From: Cyanidioschyzon merolae
Taxonomy: Eukaryota
Assembly: GCA_000091205.1 (NCBI GenBank)
Contig: AP006493.2
Direction: 5' to 3' (one strand)
DNA: 64,000 nucleotides
Position 1 is the stretch's first letter; the number at the start of each line of letters is the position of its first letter. Of this stretch, positions 1 to 11,127 are shown piece after piece. The notes beneath the pieces were generated by a model that was not told where the DNA came from, did no database searches, and saw only the letters and a list, made by a program, of their open reading frames with translations. A program made the translations under genes and the position numbers.

Positions 1-990
1 TCCGATGAAGCAAGTATTCCCCTGAATGTGCACCGAGGCGTTGGAACCCTGACGGAGGAAGCGCCCGAGGTGCAAAGCGTGGACAAGCCGTCGCGCAGGA
101 GAGCACTGCGCACGACGCTCCTGTGTTTGTTTAACGCTTTATGTACGATCTGCATCGTTAGCGCGAATAAACTCGTCTTTGAGGGTTACGGGTTCCGCTA
201 CGGCACCACTCTAACGTTTTTCCACTTTTCGGCAACTGGACTGGGTCTCTTTGTGATGGCCGTTGTGCGCGTTTTCCGGCCAATACGTCTGGATCTGCAC
301 AAAACCTGCCTCTTAGCATTCTTCGGCATGGGTTTCGTTGTCTTCACAAATCTATCTCTGCTGCACAACTCTGTTGCATTCTATCAGTTGTTCAAGCACT
401 TGAACACGGTTGGCGTCATTGTGCTCGACTGGTCACTGTATCGGAAACCATTGCCTCCACAGTTGCGGCTTCCGATCTTTCTGCTGATTGTCGGCGTGCT
501 CATCAATACCTTTGGTGATTATCGGTTCAATGTTCTTGGTACCGTATATGCCTCGGGGGGCGTCATCGTAACGTCATTCTACCAACTGTTGGTGGGGCGC
601 TTCCAGGCGGAGCTACATTGCGATCCGATGCAACTACAGTTTTACACCGCACCTCTCTCGGCCGTCTTTCTCGCGCCATTTTTGCCCGTCTTTGACGAGT
701 ACCGATGGTGGCGTGAATCATCCATCTGGCGGCATCCAATGACTGCAGGAGGAGCGGGCGCCATCTTTCTGTCATCGCTTATCGCTCTTCTTATGAATAT
801 ATCAATCTTCGCGGTGATCGGGAACACATCAGCCTTGACCTACAATGTACTTGGACATGCAAAGACCTCCATCTTGCTCCTCATGGATTTTTTCCTTTAC
901 GGTAGACCACTGAATTTGCAGAATACTCTAGGAGTTTTAATTGCGCTGGCGGGTGTGTTCCTCTATTCGCGAGCAAAGCTCTCGAAGTAA
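1..990 (+). CDS. SLC35/TPT-family nucleotide-sugar transporter-like membrane protein, 5'-partial (reading frame is open to nt 1; the track start at 28 is GTG)
   Basis: Multi-pass hydrophobic protein of ~320 aa with TPT/NST-like helix arrangement (e.g. 'ANKLVFEGYGFRYGTTLTFFHFSATGLGLF', C-terminal 'LLMDFFLYGRPLNLQNTLGVLIALAGVFLY'). There are no in-frame stops back to the window edge. Confidence 0.5.
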   Translation, partial: SDEASIPLNVHRGVGTLTEEAPEVQSVDKPSRRRALRTTLLCLFNALCTICIVSANKLVFEGYGFRYGTTLTFFHFSATGLGLFVMAVVRVFRPIRLDLHKTCLLAFFGMGFVVFTNLSLLHNSVAFYQLFKHLNTVGVIVLDWSLYRKPLPPQLRLPIFLLIVGVLINTFGDYRFNVLGTVYASGGVIVTSFYQLLVGRFQAELHCDPMQLQFYTAPLSAVFLAPFLPVFDEYRWWRESSIWRHPMTAGGAGAIFLSSLIALLMNISIFAVIGNTSALTYNVLGHAKTSILLLMDFFLYGRPLNLQNTLGVLIALAGVFLYSRAKLSK

Positions 991-2335
991 TGCGTAACAC
1001 GAAACGAAACGTAACGAGGCGGAAGATAACACGCTTTGTGTAGCAGCAGCAGTAGTCGTCGTAGTCATACTAGAAGCTATCTCGATTGGCGTTGCTGTCA
1101 TCTGGCCCCAGCTCCCAGCATGAGCGGTGCCTTTAGGATGAGTGAGCTTATGGCATCTCGCATGAACCCTTTTTGAGACTGCCTGCTCTTTCCCTCTTCA
1201 GTCCGTCTGTTGCAATTGATCGTCCGTGCTTGAAGCTGCTTCGATCCCGTGCAACTATAGCAGCTGCTGCAGCAACCGTGCTCGTTCTGCGCAATAGTCA
1301 GGGACGCCGTCTCTGGACACACCGTACGGCAGATGATTCCACGTATCGTATGGCGTGGAATCACTTCAGGGCCAGTGCTTCACTCGGACAGAGAAAAGCC
1401 CAGTGCTGGCATGAATTGGCCATCAAGCAGGACATGCATCCTGCGAGGTTCTTTGAATCAATTTCTGAACTTCTGCAATAGGCGGGGGAAGATGGTACTC
1501 GTGACCACGCGCATATAAGAGTCATCCGCAAAACCGGATAGACGCTACCTGGGCGCTGCGGATGGAAATCCACTGAAAGCGTCAACAAGCGCACTTGGGT
1601 AGGCCAGCGATTACTGCACAAACGCAGTAGAAAGAGTGTCATCCATCGACTCGCACATGGTTCATTAAGCGACTAGCTCATGGATTGCTCAGAGGGTCCA
1701 TTTCGCAGGGGAACACTACAGATCGAAGCTCACTCAACGGGAACTGCGACCCGCGTTTCGAGGGATGCTTTTGGGTTCTCGAAAGGCTCTGCAAGTGGAG
1801 CGCTGGTGGGTTATGTGGACGGAAACCACCACTGCACACAGCAATGCTCGTAGATATTCTCCCGTATTTGAGAATAAAGGAACGGGAATGCAAAGCTTTG
1901 CGTGCGTACACGTGAATGCAGCCTATCACAGGCATCGCGGGTGTCTTCATGTTGCATTGGGCTGGAAGGTTAATTTGAGGGCGGAGCAAAACGTACCTTC
2001 CATAAACTTCTGCGATGCTGATGTCAAGAGATCTCGCGCATCCGCAACCTGTAAGCCGACCAATGCCCCGAGCGGTGCGCCCGGTACCCATTCGTGTTGT
2101 GTCTTGGGCAGATAATGTATACGGTGTGCTGCACTGAAACTAATGGGTTTAAAAGTATTCGTGGATTTACGTTACACCTCGAGTAGCGAATCGTGATTCG
2201 TTTCTGCATTTCCAACCTGATGCGAGCGGCGGCATCTAGACGGCATCGGGTACGATGCATCCCTCCGGCAGCAGGTAAAGCACAGACGCTGCGCGTTGAA
2301 TGTCTCTGGAAGGAACCCGATGCAGCTGTAGAACT

Positions 2336-2896
2336 TCGATGAGAGCAATATACATAGTGCAGAAATCGATTCTACACGATTCTCATCGGTGCGTTCGGGG
2401 CGAAACCCACACATCATGGCACCGGATGCACACTGCAACAGGCCGAGAAGAAGAGCTTGAAACCGAGCCGACTGCACGAGATGGTACGCTGCAATTTGGT
2501 CGAACGTCACATGGCGAGGCTACCGATGGCTGAAGCCTTGCACGTCTGTGATTCACTCTGCAACGGTGCGCGCGCAGACGTGCTGCACCGAGTCTTGAAC
2601 GACTTGTGAAACAGTCCAAGATATCTGGTGCCTCTGCGGCGTCCAGTGGATTTGTGTCGAACGAACGCTCATGGTAATCGTTTAGCGCACAGCGTAGGCA
2701 TTGGCTGAACGGCAGAAGACTTTCGATTGAGAAACCAGTCATCAGGAGCCAAACGATACGATGTTCGCCCGATGCAAATCACTGATGTGGAAAGAGATGG
2801 CAATCTCAAAGGGCTAGAGCGCCGTATATCGAGACTGTGATCGTTTTCCCATGGCAACTGCTTAACGATAGTGTTATTCGACTATTCGATGTTCCT
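2336..2896 (-). repeat. IR-L: left copy of a ~560-bp near-identical inverted repeat (partner 11128-11690)
   Basis: Reverse complement of 11128-11690 with only a few mismatches. The small ORFs inside are identical in both copies (62-aa 'MPWENDHSLDIRRSS...' at 2669-2857(-) and 11166-11354(+)). Boundaries were found where flanking sequence diverges ('...gatgttcc|tgagtat' vs '...gatgttcc|acataa'). Confidence 0.9.
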
Positions 2897-3286
2897 GAGT
2901 ATTTGAGTGCCGTTACATCCGCAACAATGATATGTGCATTCGGATGGAGCGCCATCCACCAGAAGACTAACGATACAGCCATGAATCAATACTGCTGACA
3001 TAAAATCATGTTTGTCGGTCCATTTAGAGGGATGCGTTCCATACGGTGGACATTTGTTCGAAAGCACAAGCACCGAAACGCGCTGGCGTTTCCGCCTGAG
3101 CACCAGCAGACGCATCTGACGCATCAGCAGCGGAGGCGGCAACTAGCGCTAAGCGTACCCCTCGATGTCGCATGCGCGACGGCTGCGGAGGTCTTCGCGA
3201 GGTCAGTGCAAGCGTGATCAATGGTCTTCAAACACTTGAAACCCGTGCACGGAACTCGTGACTCGATTCCCAAATGCGGCATCTTC

Positions 3287-4912
3287 TTAGCTGCTGTCAG
3301 CGGAAGTTGGTTGTCTCGTTTCAGGTAGATAACGCCAAAGCCAATATTCCCCGCCCATTAATATCAGAGCAAAGAAGAGAAATGTTCCAGCAATGCCAAA
3401 CAGTTCCCGCTGCAAGAGCGGGAAACCGATACTCACCGCAGTGGTAGCGACAGCGTTCACAACCATTCCGATCGAGTTCGCCGACGCCCGAGCCTCCGGC
3501 GAAAACAATTCATTCGCGACAAGAACAGCAAGCGGCCCGTGAGAGACAGCAAATACAGCGACAAACAACATGAGCGCTAGAAAGCCCGTAAATGCGACAG
3601 AGGATGAACCGTTTTCTGCTCGGGTCGCCCGGGCAAGCGCAAGATGACAGGCAGCAAGCACTGGTGTTGAAAAAAGGTACAGTTTCCGACGACAGGTGCG
3701 ATCGATGATACCGACTGCAACCAGCGTGGCAATCACGTTCATGACGGATAAAAGCACAGCACCGTACAAAGGCCCAGATAATCTCGCAAGGCGCCTGGAA
3801 GAACCCATCGCACTGGATTGCACTTGTTCCAAAATTTGCACACCATACACGAGGACAACGTTGATTCCAGTCAACTGTTGGAGAAGTTGAAGTATCATGC
3901 ATATCTGTATCCGCGGATCGCGCAAAAGGAGCCACACGCTCGCTCGAGATCGAGCTGTCGGGGACGATCCCCGAGCCAAAACTGCGTACATCGCAAAGCT
4001 CTCCACATCTTTCAAGCTCAGTGACTCGTTTTGCAAAGAAGGCCTCGAGATAACGTTGAAAGAGTGTCCCGCCTCGGCAGCATCTGGACGCAAGGCGCGT
4101 GCACTCGCTACCATACTATGCTCCCGCTCTTTCCGCTGCGACATCGGTTTCCCGGTCTCCAGCATATCGGCACTCGTAGCGTCCCTGTATGCAGAAACGC
4201 CCATGGAGGACTGATAGCGCAGCAGGCCGATACACATCAAGATAGCGGGCACGAGTGGATAGCGCAAAGGTCGGAGAAAGTTTCCGCGCATGTCGATCCC
4301 GGCGCCACCAGCAACGGGATCCACTTGACGGTGTACATCCTCGTGACCAGTGGCAAGATTAACGAGATTGGCCATAAGAATACCGATTGTTATCGCGAGC
4401 TGATAGAGAAAGACAAAGGCGCCTCTGCTTGTTGACGGAGCAACCTCTAGACACAGAGCTGGCCCGAGAACGTTCACGATGCCGGCGCCGATGCCAATCA
4501 GCAAGCGGTGGATGAGCAGCACCAGAAACGCACCCATCTGGAAGCGACCTGTTAACATCCGTTCTCGTTTTATGAGAAAAGGAAGCCCCGACCCGAGACA
4601 GAAGAACACCGAGCTCCAGCGTAGCCATAAATAGCGGCGCCAAGCAGCAGTTCCCGCCCCATGCGCAAGAAACGGGAGGACCCTCTGGTACAGGCATCCG
4701 ACGAAAGCTCCGACAAAGTACGACCCAAGCAGAACTTGCTCCCCGGAAGGCCACGAGCCGAACCAGTCTTGGAACGAGCGGAACGTCGTTACCGTTGAGA
4801 ACACTGCCAAGTGGTACCCGAAAAGCAACCCGCCAAGCAAACAAGACAGCAAACAAGGCCGGGCCCCAAAAGTGCTCAGAAACCTCTTCCATCTCACTGT
4901 GACGGTTTCCAT
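3287..4912 (-). CDS. MFS sugar-porter family transporter (first ATG at 4912; ORF extends to a GTG at 4984)
   Basis: TM1 motif 'GGLLFGYHLAVFS' lies ~27 aa after Met. Sugar-porter signatures present: 'NVIATLVAVGIIDRTCRRKLYL', 'ELFSPEARASANSIGMVVNAVATT', 'LGSYFVGAFVGC'. Confidence 0.6.
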   Translation of the reverse strand: METVTVRWKRFLSTFGARPCLLSCLLGGLLFGYHLAVFSTVTTFRSFQDWFGSWPSGEQVLLGSYFVGAFVGCLYQRVLPFLAHGAGTAAWRRYLWLRWSSVFFCLGSGLPFLIKRERMLTGRFQMGAFLVLLIHRLLIGIGAGIVNVLGPALCLEVAPSTSRGAFVFLYQLAITIGILMANLVNLATGHEDVHRQVDPVAGGAGIDMRGNFLRPLRYPLVPAILMCIGLLRYQSSMGVSAYRDATSADMLETGKPMSQRKEREHSMVASARALRPDAAEAGHSFNVISRPSLQNESLSLKDVESFAMYAVLARGSSPTARSRASVWLLLRDPRIQICMILQLLQQLTGINVVLVYGVQILEQVQSSAMGSSRRLARLSGPLYGAVLLSVMNVIATLVAVGIIDRTCRRKLYLFSTPVLAACHLALARATRAENGSSSVAFTGFLALMLFVAVFAVSHGPLAVLVANELFSPEARASANSIGMVVNAVATTAVSIGFPLLQRELFGIAGTFLFFALILMGGEYWLWRYLPETRQPTSADSS

Positions 4913-5081
4913 GAAAGCAGGTCGAGCATAGTTTCTCACCAAGCAAACCAGTATGCCGCTCCGGCTGGCAGCAACTGCAAACACTTTTTTCCTCGTTGAA
5001 GTCGCCCTCGCAGATGCAGCCGATGCGTTTGGGATGTCGCAGTCGCAGCAGCCGCACTAGTTTCCTACCACTTCGGTTCGT

Positions 5082-6473
5082 ATGTTGCAGCAGCTGTTGT
5101 TCGTTTCAGGAGCGTTACCCTTGGAAGCTCGAGTTTGCGTGCACAGGGATTCACCGATACCGATTTGCGAGGCAGGAGACCGAAAGCACTGGAGGCGCCA
5201 CCCCAAGGGTGCAACGCAACCCAGTTTGCAGAGCCTCGGACGGCCGTTGATCTTTCCGAAGCTGAGCGAGCTTTTCAGCCGAAGTTTGACTGTCATGGCG
5301 CTCGACCCTGAACCTCGAGCAGGACGCAGTCTTGGTCGCTCTGTAGATGACGCTGGGAGCCTACGCTTTCACGCTGGGGACGGCCTGGTTCCGAACGAGC
5401 TGGTGGAGGCGCGGAGCAGCTTCGGTGCACTGCCCCCGCGACACTGCCTCTTCGCGGAGTTTCTCGGAACCGCGCTGCTGACGACTTTTTCCGGCTTAAT
5501 CGGCCTTTCGAGTCCTGCTGCAGTGCCGTTTCTTGCGGGTGCAATGATCTCCTGTATAGTACTGAGTTTCATTCCCACGTCAGGAGCGCTTTTGAACCCT
5601 TTTGTGGTGCTCGCGCTCTACGTCACAAAGCGCCTGAGACTGGTACCGAGCCTTGCGTATACGGGCGCTCAACTTGCTGGCGGCACTCTGGGTGCCGTTA
5701 TCTTTAGCCTCTTGGCGACGCCAGACATGTATAATCGTGTGGCGGGGGGCACGGTCTCATTGCAGACCAACATGTCTCTATGGCAGGGAGCGGGCTGGGA
5801 GTTTTTCCTCACATTTAGCCTGATCTCGCTAGTTTCAACAATGGGGTTTGCAGCCTTCGAACTACACGCAGAGAACGAATACGCTCGTTGGATGCAGCAG
5901 GCTGTATTTGCGCTTCTAATAGGATTGCTTGTTGGATTCCTTGTGGGTGTCGGTGGCCCGATAACGGGATGCTCCATGAACGGCGCACGCGCTTTGGGGC
6001 CGCTCGCAGTCGCGCAGCTCCGGGCATGGATGACAGCGGCTTCTCCAGAATGGCTTGAACGGGCATCTCGAGGTCATTTTGTGATCTACTGGTTGGCACC
6101 GGCTTTGGGCTCGGTGACTGGCGCCCTGCTCATGGAACATGCCATCGTATCACCTTGGCTTGGGCGTGCTCCAAAATCTATCCTGCAGGATTTGAGCGTC
6201 TACACCAAGCGGAACATGGCTCAGCTGCGTAGCTATGGTACAGCTGGGCTCCTTGCGTATGGGATTCTGAACACCATTTTTTACGGTTCGGTTTTCACAT
6301 ACAGTTTGGTCTTTGTCTTTGCATCGCAGCCTGGGGCAATCGCCAAGGCTTGGGCGGCGAGCTGGGTCGCAAGTCAAGCGACGAAACCTTTTCGACTTTT
6401 TCTGGCGATCGCTATGGCGCCCTGGATTCGACGACTCCTTGAAAGGCTTCCTTGGAATCGGCACCAAAGCTAA
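5082..6473 (+). CDS. MIP/aquaporin-family channel with non-canonical NPF and NGA motifs and an N-terminal extension (alternative in-frame ATG at 5295)
   Basis: 'AEFLGTALLTTFSG', 'SGALLNPFVVLALYV' (first NPA position), 'GCSMNGARALGPLAVA' (second NPA position), 'FVIYWLAPALGSVTGALL'. Confidence 0.6.
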   Translation: MLQQLLFVSGALPLEARVCVHRDSPIPICEAGDRKHWRRHPKGATQPSLQSLGRPLIFPKLSELFSRSLTVMALDPEPRAGRSLGRSVDDAGSLRFHAGDGLVPNELVEARSSFGALPPRHCLFAEFLGTALLTTFSGLIGLSSPAAVPFLAGAMISCIVLSFIPTSGALLNPFVVLALYVTKRLRLVPSLAYTGAQLAGGTLGAVIFSLLATPDMYNRVAGGTVSLQTNMSLWQGAGWEFFLTFSLISLVSTMGFAAFELHAENEYARWMQQAVFALLIGLLVGFLVGVGGPITGCSMNGARALGPLAVAQLRAWMTAASPEWLERASRGHFVIYWLAPALGSVTGALLMEHAIVSPWLGRAPKSILQDLSVYTKRNMAQLRSYGTAGLLAYGILNTIFYGSVFTYSLVFVFASQPGAIAKAWAASWVASQATKPFRLFLAIAMAPWIRRLLERLPWNRHQS

Positions 6474-8129
6474 TGCAAAACTTGACGCGTTTCCTCAGGA
6501 GCTCTGTACGTCTCGCCGCTTGTGAACTGCTGTCTATGTCGATGCGATGCTGTCACTAAAGTACGTCATGTTGCGGGGTAGTAGTTGATTCACACCCGGC
6601 AAGGTGCAGAGATCGAAGTTTCTCGCTGGATCGAACCGATAGAGGCACGGTGACGTTCGATGTGACCGGAGCGAAAGCAGAGAAGCGATCGAAGCGCAAA
6701 GCGCTGAGGCGTTTGCTTCCGAGTTCGTTCTCGTATGCGCTGCAGTAGCTCTTGCGAATTCTGGGGCTAAACTAAACGAGGCATCTGAATGGTCGCATAG
6801 AAGGAGCCTCGCAGCCCTTTACATGCTTTCTTGGGGCTCCAAAGGCAGCACCGTACGTTGTACGCTCCAGGAGGCTTGGAATGCGTTGCCTCGGATCGGT
6901 TTGCGACGAGACAATGCCATCATAGCTGTTGCGGAAGTTTTGATTCATCAGCGGCCGGATCGCTCATGATCTGAGCTGGTGGCCGAAGAATCCCTGAACT
7001 GCCGGAACGGCCAGCGCTGAGCCTTCGCAAGACTTGAGCGCAGGTGTTTTCAACGGCTGAGACCGATGTATCTAAAAGGATTCTTTCATATGCGCGAGCG
7101 TTGTCTGTAACCGCAGGCGACGTGTGAGAGAGAAGTTGCATCTGCAGTTGCAGGAAGTTTACCGCGTGTTGCATTGCTTTCTGTAGGACTGGCAGGAGCA
7201 CTCTACGTATAATAGATGGGTTATGAACGGGGTGCCTCAACTGCTATTGCGCACTTTTAAACTCCAAAATGAGCGCTTTGCATCCTGGATGACGGCATCC
7301 GCGTCACCGAAAAGAACAACATGGCATCAACCATCGCCATGGATTTCCTTTTACGGATACGAGTGGTGCGTCGCCAGTCTCGGAACTTGGCCAGCGCTTC
7401 ACGTTCTATTTCTAATTCACTGTCAAGGAATTTGTTAACATATCTCAAGTTTATGTTACGCAAAGAGCACGGTGAGAAGCGAAAGGCGTCTGAAGGAAGT
7501 TCACACATGGTCGATGACATCAGTAGATTGCATTATTTCTTGAAAAGACCGCACGCTGGAGCAGATTTTTTCAGATCATTACAAATCAGATCGCTCAATA
7601 GCGGGAAAGAGCTCGAAGACTATAAGCAGCACGGAATGAACTGTGCTCAAGAAGCATAGCTTGCACCATAGGCTCAGTGTCAGCGCCCTGAACGGGCATT
7701 GCCTCTGTGCGCAGCAGCGGCAGGCAAGGCTCTCCCGATAAGCTTCCAGCGCATCGGCGCCTTGCATTCCTTGGAAAGAACAGTTCATCTACAAGCCTCA
7801 TACTGCAAACCGAAACGAACGCGATTCTCCGCGCACATCTACTGGGGCGCTCAAGACCCGGCCCAGGCAGAGATGCAGCTCGACATTTTCGTCGTGTTCG
7901 CAGGTTGACTCCCTTTTGTAGCACTGGATTGGTGCAGGCAGACACTTGTCGGCATCCAAGTGCATCAATATTCAGAAATGTTATACGCATAGATCAGATG
8001 AAAATGGAACACTGAATTGCTCGCTCTTTTCCTGCCTCTCGATTGTTTTCCAAACTTTTTTTAGATATTCAGCCTCGGCATTCCAAGTGCAGCAGGAAGG
8101 GCATGCGCATTCTTAAGAAGCTTTCGGAA

Positions 8130-8390
8130 TCTCGATCGTCTTTTCGGAGTGGCTCCATGTACTCTCGAACGCTGGCATTCGTTACGTCACCGGAATCAGG
8201 ATGACTCGCGACGCCATCAAACAGGGGTTCGAAAAATAAGCGATATCATTATCGAATTCATTCAGAAAAGCATCCAGTCTTCTGCATTACTTTCGTGTAG
8301 CATGCTCAAGTCACGCATTATTCAATATTTTGACCTCTCTATATGAAGGCAACTCATGGGTAAAGCAAGTCGCTCCGTTGGATTGACGCA
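8130..8390 (+). repeat. R1-E: ~260-bp fragment of the R1 dispersed repeat family (tail region only)
   Basis: 8150-8390 aligns with 36130-36370 (e.g. 'tcgttacgtcaccggaatcaggatgactcgcgacgcc' vs 'tcgttccgccaccggaatcacgatgctttgcgacgct'; 'agcatgctcaagtcacgcatt...aaggcaactcatggg' vs 'agcatgctcatattacacgtt...aaggcaactcgtggg'). Confidence 0.6.
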
Positions 8391-8988
8391 GAAAAACACT
8401 CGACCTCGTCAACGCACAACGTGGGATATGCTTGAGGCATCCATCGCTGGCGCGCATTGCTACCCTGACGAGTTGCCATAGAACACAACTTCGAACACGT
8501 GAAGCAATCGTGATTTGAGCATGCTATGCGTATGAAAGGCGAAGACTGGACGATTGTTCGTATAAATTTTCTTGCATTGTATCGGCTATGTAAAGAACCC
8601 TTGGTCGAGGCTGTCGCGAACTCCGTTGTTTCAAGTAACGTATCGAATCCCAGCGTCACATAGAGTCGATGAAGCCACCCCGAAAAGATGACGAAGAATC
8701 CTTAGAAACACATATTCATCTGTAAGACCTTATTGCCCTACTTCGGATGTCGAAGCTGTCCATGTAAAAAACGTTCAAAAATATTGCAACACAGGGACAG
8801 AGCGAGCAGTTCACGGTGGTATTCGAACATGACACGAGCGCGCGTTCATGCGCAAGCGCATGCTGTTGCGGCTGGAGCGGCACCACGCTTACCAAATACC
8901 GCTTCGTACTTCGTGTCACTTCGTGAACGGGAACGTGTGCTGTAGATGGTACGAAGATCACGGTTGTCCTTGAAACACTGCACCAAAC

Positions 8989-11076
8989 ATGGGAATAGCG
9001 GGATTCCAGCGCTGGTATCTGGAGAATTTCCCCAGCACAGTCGTTACGGTAACTGGGGAGAGCGCGCCTGAGCACTTTGACCACGTGCTTTTCGACCTGA
9101 ACCAGCTTATCCACTTGGCAGCGCGCGTCGCAAGAAACCGCGACCAGTTTTTCATCCGTTTATTCAGGTGGTTAGATAACATTCTTCGGCTTTGTGTACC
9201 GAAAAAGTCGGTCTTCATAGCGTTTGATGGCCCGGCGCCCTTGGCGAAGCTCGTTACGCAAAAGCGAAGGCGCGTCCTCGAGTCGAGGAAACTCCACCGC
9301 ACGCGCAAACGCAAACGACGTTGCGGCGTTGATGTGCTCAGCCTTTCGCCTGGAACAGAACTTATGCAGCTGACTTTGCAGGCTGTAGAATTTTACGTTT
9401 GTTCTCGACTGCAATCGAAGCGTCATTTGTACCAGAACGTGCGTTTCGTTGTGAGTGGTCCGACTGTTCCCGGCGAGGGCGAAATAAAAATCATCGACTA
9501 CATCCACCGCTATGTGGACCCGCAGCACTCCGTTGTCGTCATTGGCAGCGACGCTGATCTCGTGGTATTAGGACTGGCAACGCAGAAAGTTCGGAATTTC
9601 TTCGTCTTCGTTATCACTCCGCGAGCCAATATGCAGGACGCGCCCGAGCACGGGACTGCTCAGAAACGACAGGCTATAAGCGCCATCGTCATTAGCGTCT
9701 GGCAGTGGATTCGGGTTCTTGATCGTTTTTTCCCCGGTGAAACACCGTCTCTGCGTCTAGATCTGGTTGTGATGCTCATGATGCAGGGAAACGATTACTT
9801 GCCAAAGCTGCGCGGCACTTCATTTAATTCGATCTGGGAGGCGTACAAGGCTTTGAAATTGGACAAAGGGCCCATGCGAGGAAAATACCTCGTATGCAGA
9901 GAGCAGCGCAGTTTCGACTGGGAATTCCTGTACGCGCTCATGAAGCGCCTCATCAACCCGCTGGTCCCGAATCTTACGAAAGAGCTCATCGAAATGTATC
10001 GAGAAGCGAGCATACGTGGGCAAGAAGCGCTGAGACTCGCCCAAGCGGGGAATGCATCCGTAGAGGCCTCGTCATCCTGCGAATCCGAGTCAAAAGATTC
10101 AGTCGAACGCAACGTTCACCCGAGTGATCTGGAAGATGGCACCGAACCTGACGCTGCGCACGGCGAAATTTCGGCGGACGTCACGGATCCTGAGGATATT
10201 TTGGAGAAAGTGGATATACCGGAAGGCATATCGGTGGACGACGACGAGAAGCTGTACGACACAGAGGAATGGCTGCGAACGTTGCTTTGGGCGCTCGCGA
10301 TGTATATTGATGGATTCTGTCCCGATTTTTACCACACATATTCAAGGGCCTATGGACCATCGGCATCAGACATTGTTCGATGGCTTAAGGAGAACGACGG
10401 TGATCCGCTCCTGCAACTGCAACCGCCGTTGAGCGTTGCACCACCGCTACCACCGCACGCAGCGCTGTTAGCCCTGGTCCCGGCGAGCGCGGCGAGGCTT
10501 CTACCGCAGCCCATCTTCAAAAGAGTACTCTTGCGAAGTCAGCAGCAAGCCGAGAACTCCGAAAGCGCCGCAGAGATGGGAACGAATGCCGACGAGACTG
10601 CAAAACTGATCACATTCATCTTGCAAGATGACGGGCGACGCACGAATCGTTCACTTCTTTTGCGTGTTGTCGAAGGCATCCGCGATGACGAATACGAAGA
10701 AATCGAGAAGCATCGGACCCGGTTAAGCTCGTCGGTGGCTTTCGCACTTCGTCAGGGTGACATGTCTGGCAATGGTCGGACGTGCGCGAGCTCCCAGGAG
10801 CGGGCCCCAAAACTACCAGAGCCGCCTGTGCAACGGTTCGCCAAGCTGTCGCTGTCAGGTGCAGAGTTCAGCATTGAGGGCGTCCAACTTACAAGCACGC
10901 CGCCGTGTCGCTCATGGTGCTGGAGTACTGACGGGACGGAAGCGCGTCGAACGAGCAAAAAAGCGGTTTCGGTACAAAATCTGTCGTACAAGCGCGTATT
11001 TACCCGCAAAATACAATCGGAACGTTCTCAGCGGGACAGAAAACGCATCAACCATGCGACTGAAAGAAATCCTTAG
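8989..11076 (+). CDS. XRN-family 5'-3' exoribonuclease (catalytic CR1+CR2 core, 695 aa, short C-terminus)
   Basis: N-terminus 'MGIAGFQRWYLENFP'. Acidic active-site motifs 'VFIAFDGPAPLAKLVTQKRRR', 'PGEGEIKIIDYI' and 'VIGSDADLVVLGL' are present. CR2-like 'LWALAMYIDGFCPDFYHTYSRAYGPSASD'. Confidence 0.75.
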   Translation: MGIAGFQRWYLENFPSTVVTVTGESAPEHFDHVLFDLNQLIHLAARVARNRDQFFIRLFRWLDNILRLCVPKKSVFIAFDGPAPLAKLVTQKRRRVLESRKLHRTRKRKRRCGVDVLSLSPGTELMQLTLQAVEFYVCSRLQSKRHLYQNVRFVVSGPTVPGEGEIKIIDYIHRYVDPQHSVVVIGSDADLVVLGLATQKVRNFFVFVITPRANMQDAPEHGTAQKRQAISAIVISVWQWIRVLDRFFPGETPSLRLDLVVMLMMQGNDYLPKLRGTSFNSIWEAYKALKLDKGPMRGKYLVCREQRSFDWEFLYALMKRLINPLVPNLTKELIEMYREASIRGQEALRLAQAGNASVEASSSCESESKDSVERNVHPSDLEDGTEPDAAHGEISADVTDPEDILEKVDIPEGISVDDDEKLYDTEEWLRTLLWALAMYIDGFCPDFYHTYSRAYGPSASDIVRWLKENDGDPLLQLQPPLSVAPPLPPHAALLALVPASAARLLPQPIFKRVLLRSQQQAENSESAAEMGTNADETAKLITFILQDDGRRTNRSLLLRVVEGIRDDEYEEIEKHRTRLSSSVAFALRQGDMSGNGRTCASSQERAPKLPEPPVQRFAKLSLSGAEFSIEGVQLTSTPPCRSWCWSTDGTEARRTSKKAVSVQNLSYKRVFTRKIQSERSQRDRKRINHATERNP

Positions 11077-11127
11077 CAGGGGCTGCGCGAACAACTTGGG
11101 GTAAGCGCTCAGGCCCAATTATTATGT

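Noticed and set aside
2172-2857. Identical small ORFs (62, 119 and 112 aa) inside both inverted-repeat copies, read as a duplicated protein-coding gene
   Set aside because: Identity extends uniformly across frames and non-ORF sequence, and there is no family resemblance. The duplication is at DNA level.
6595-6665. tRNA-like 'ggatcgaacc' (reverse-complement T-loop) motif
   Set aside because: The flanking sequence cannot be folded into acceptor, D and anticodon arms. No A-box or B-box pair is present on either strand.
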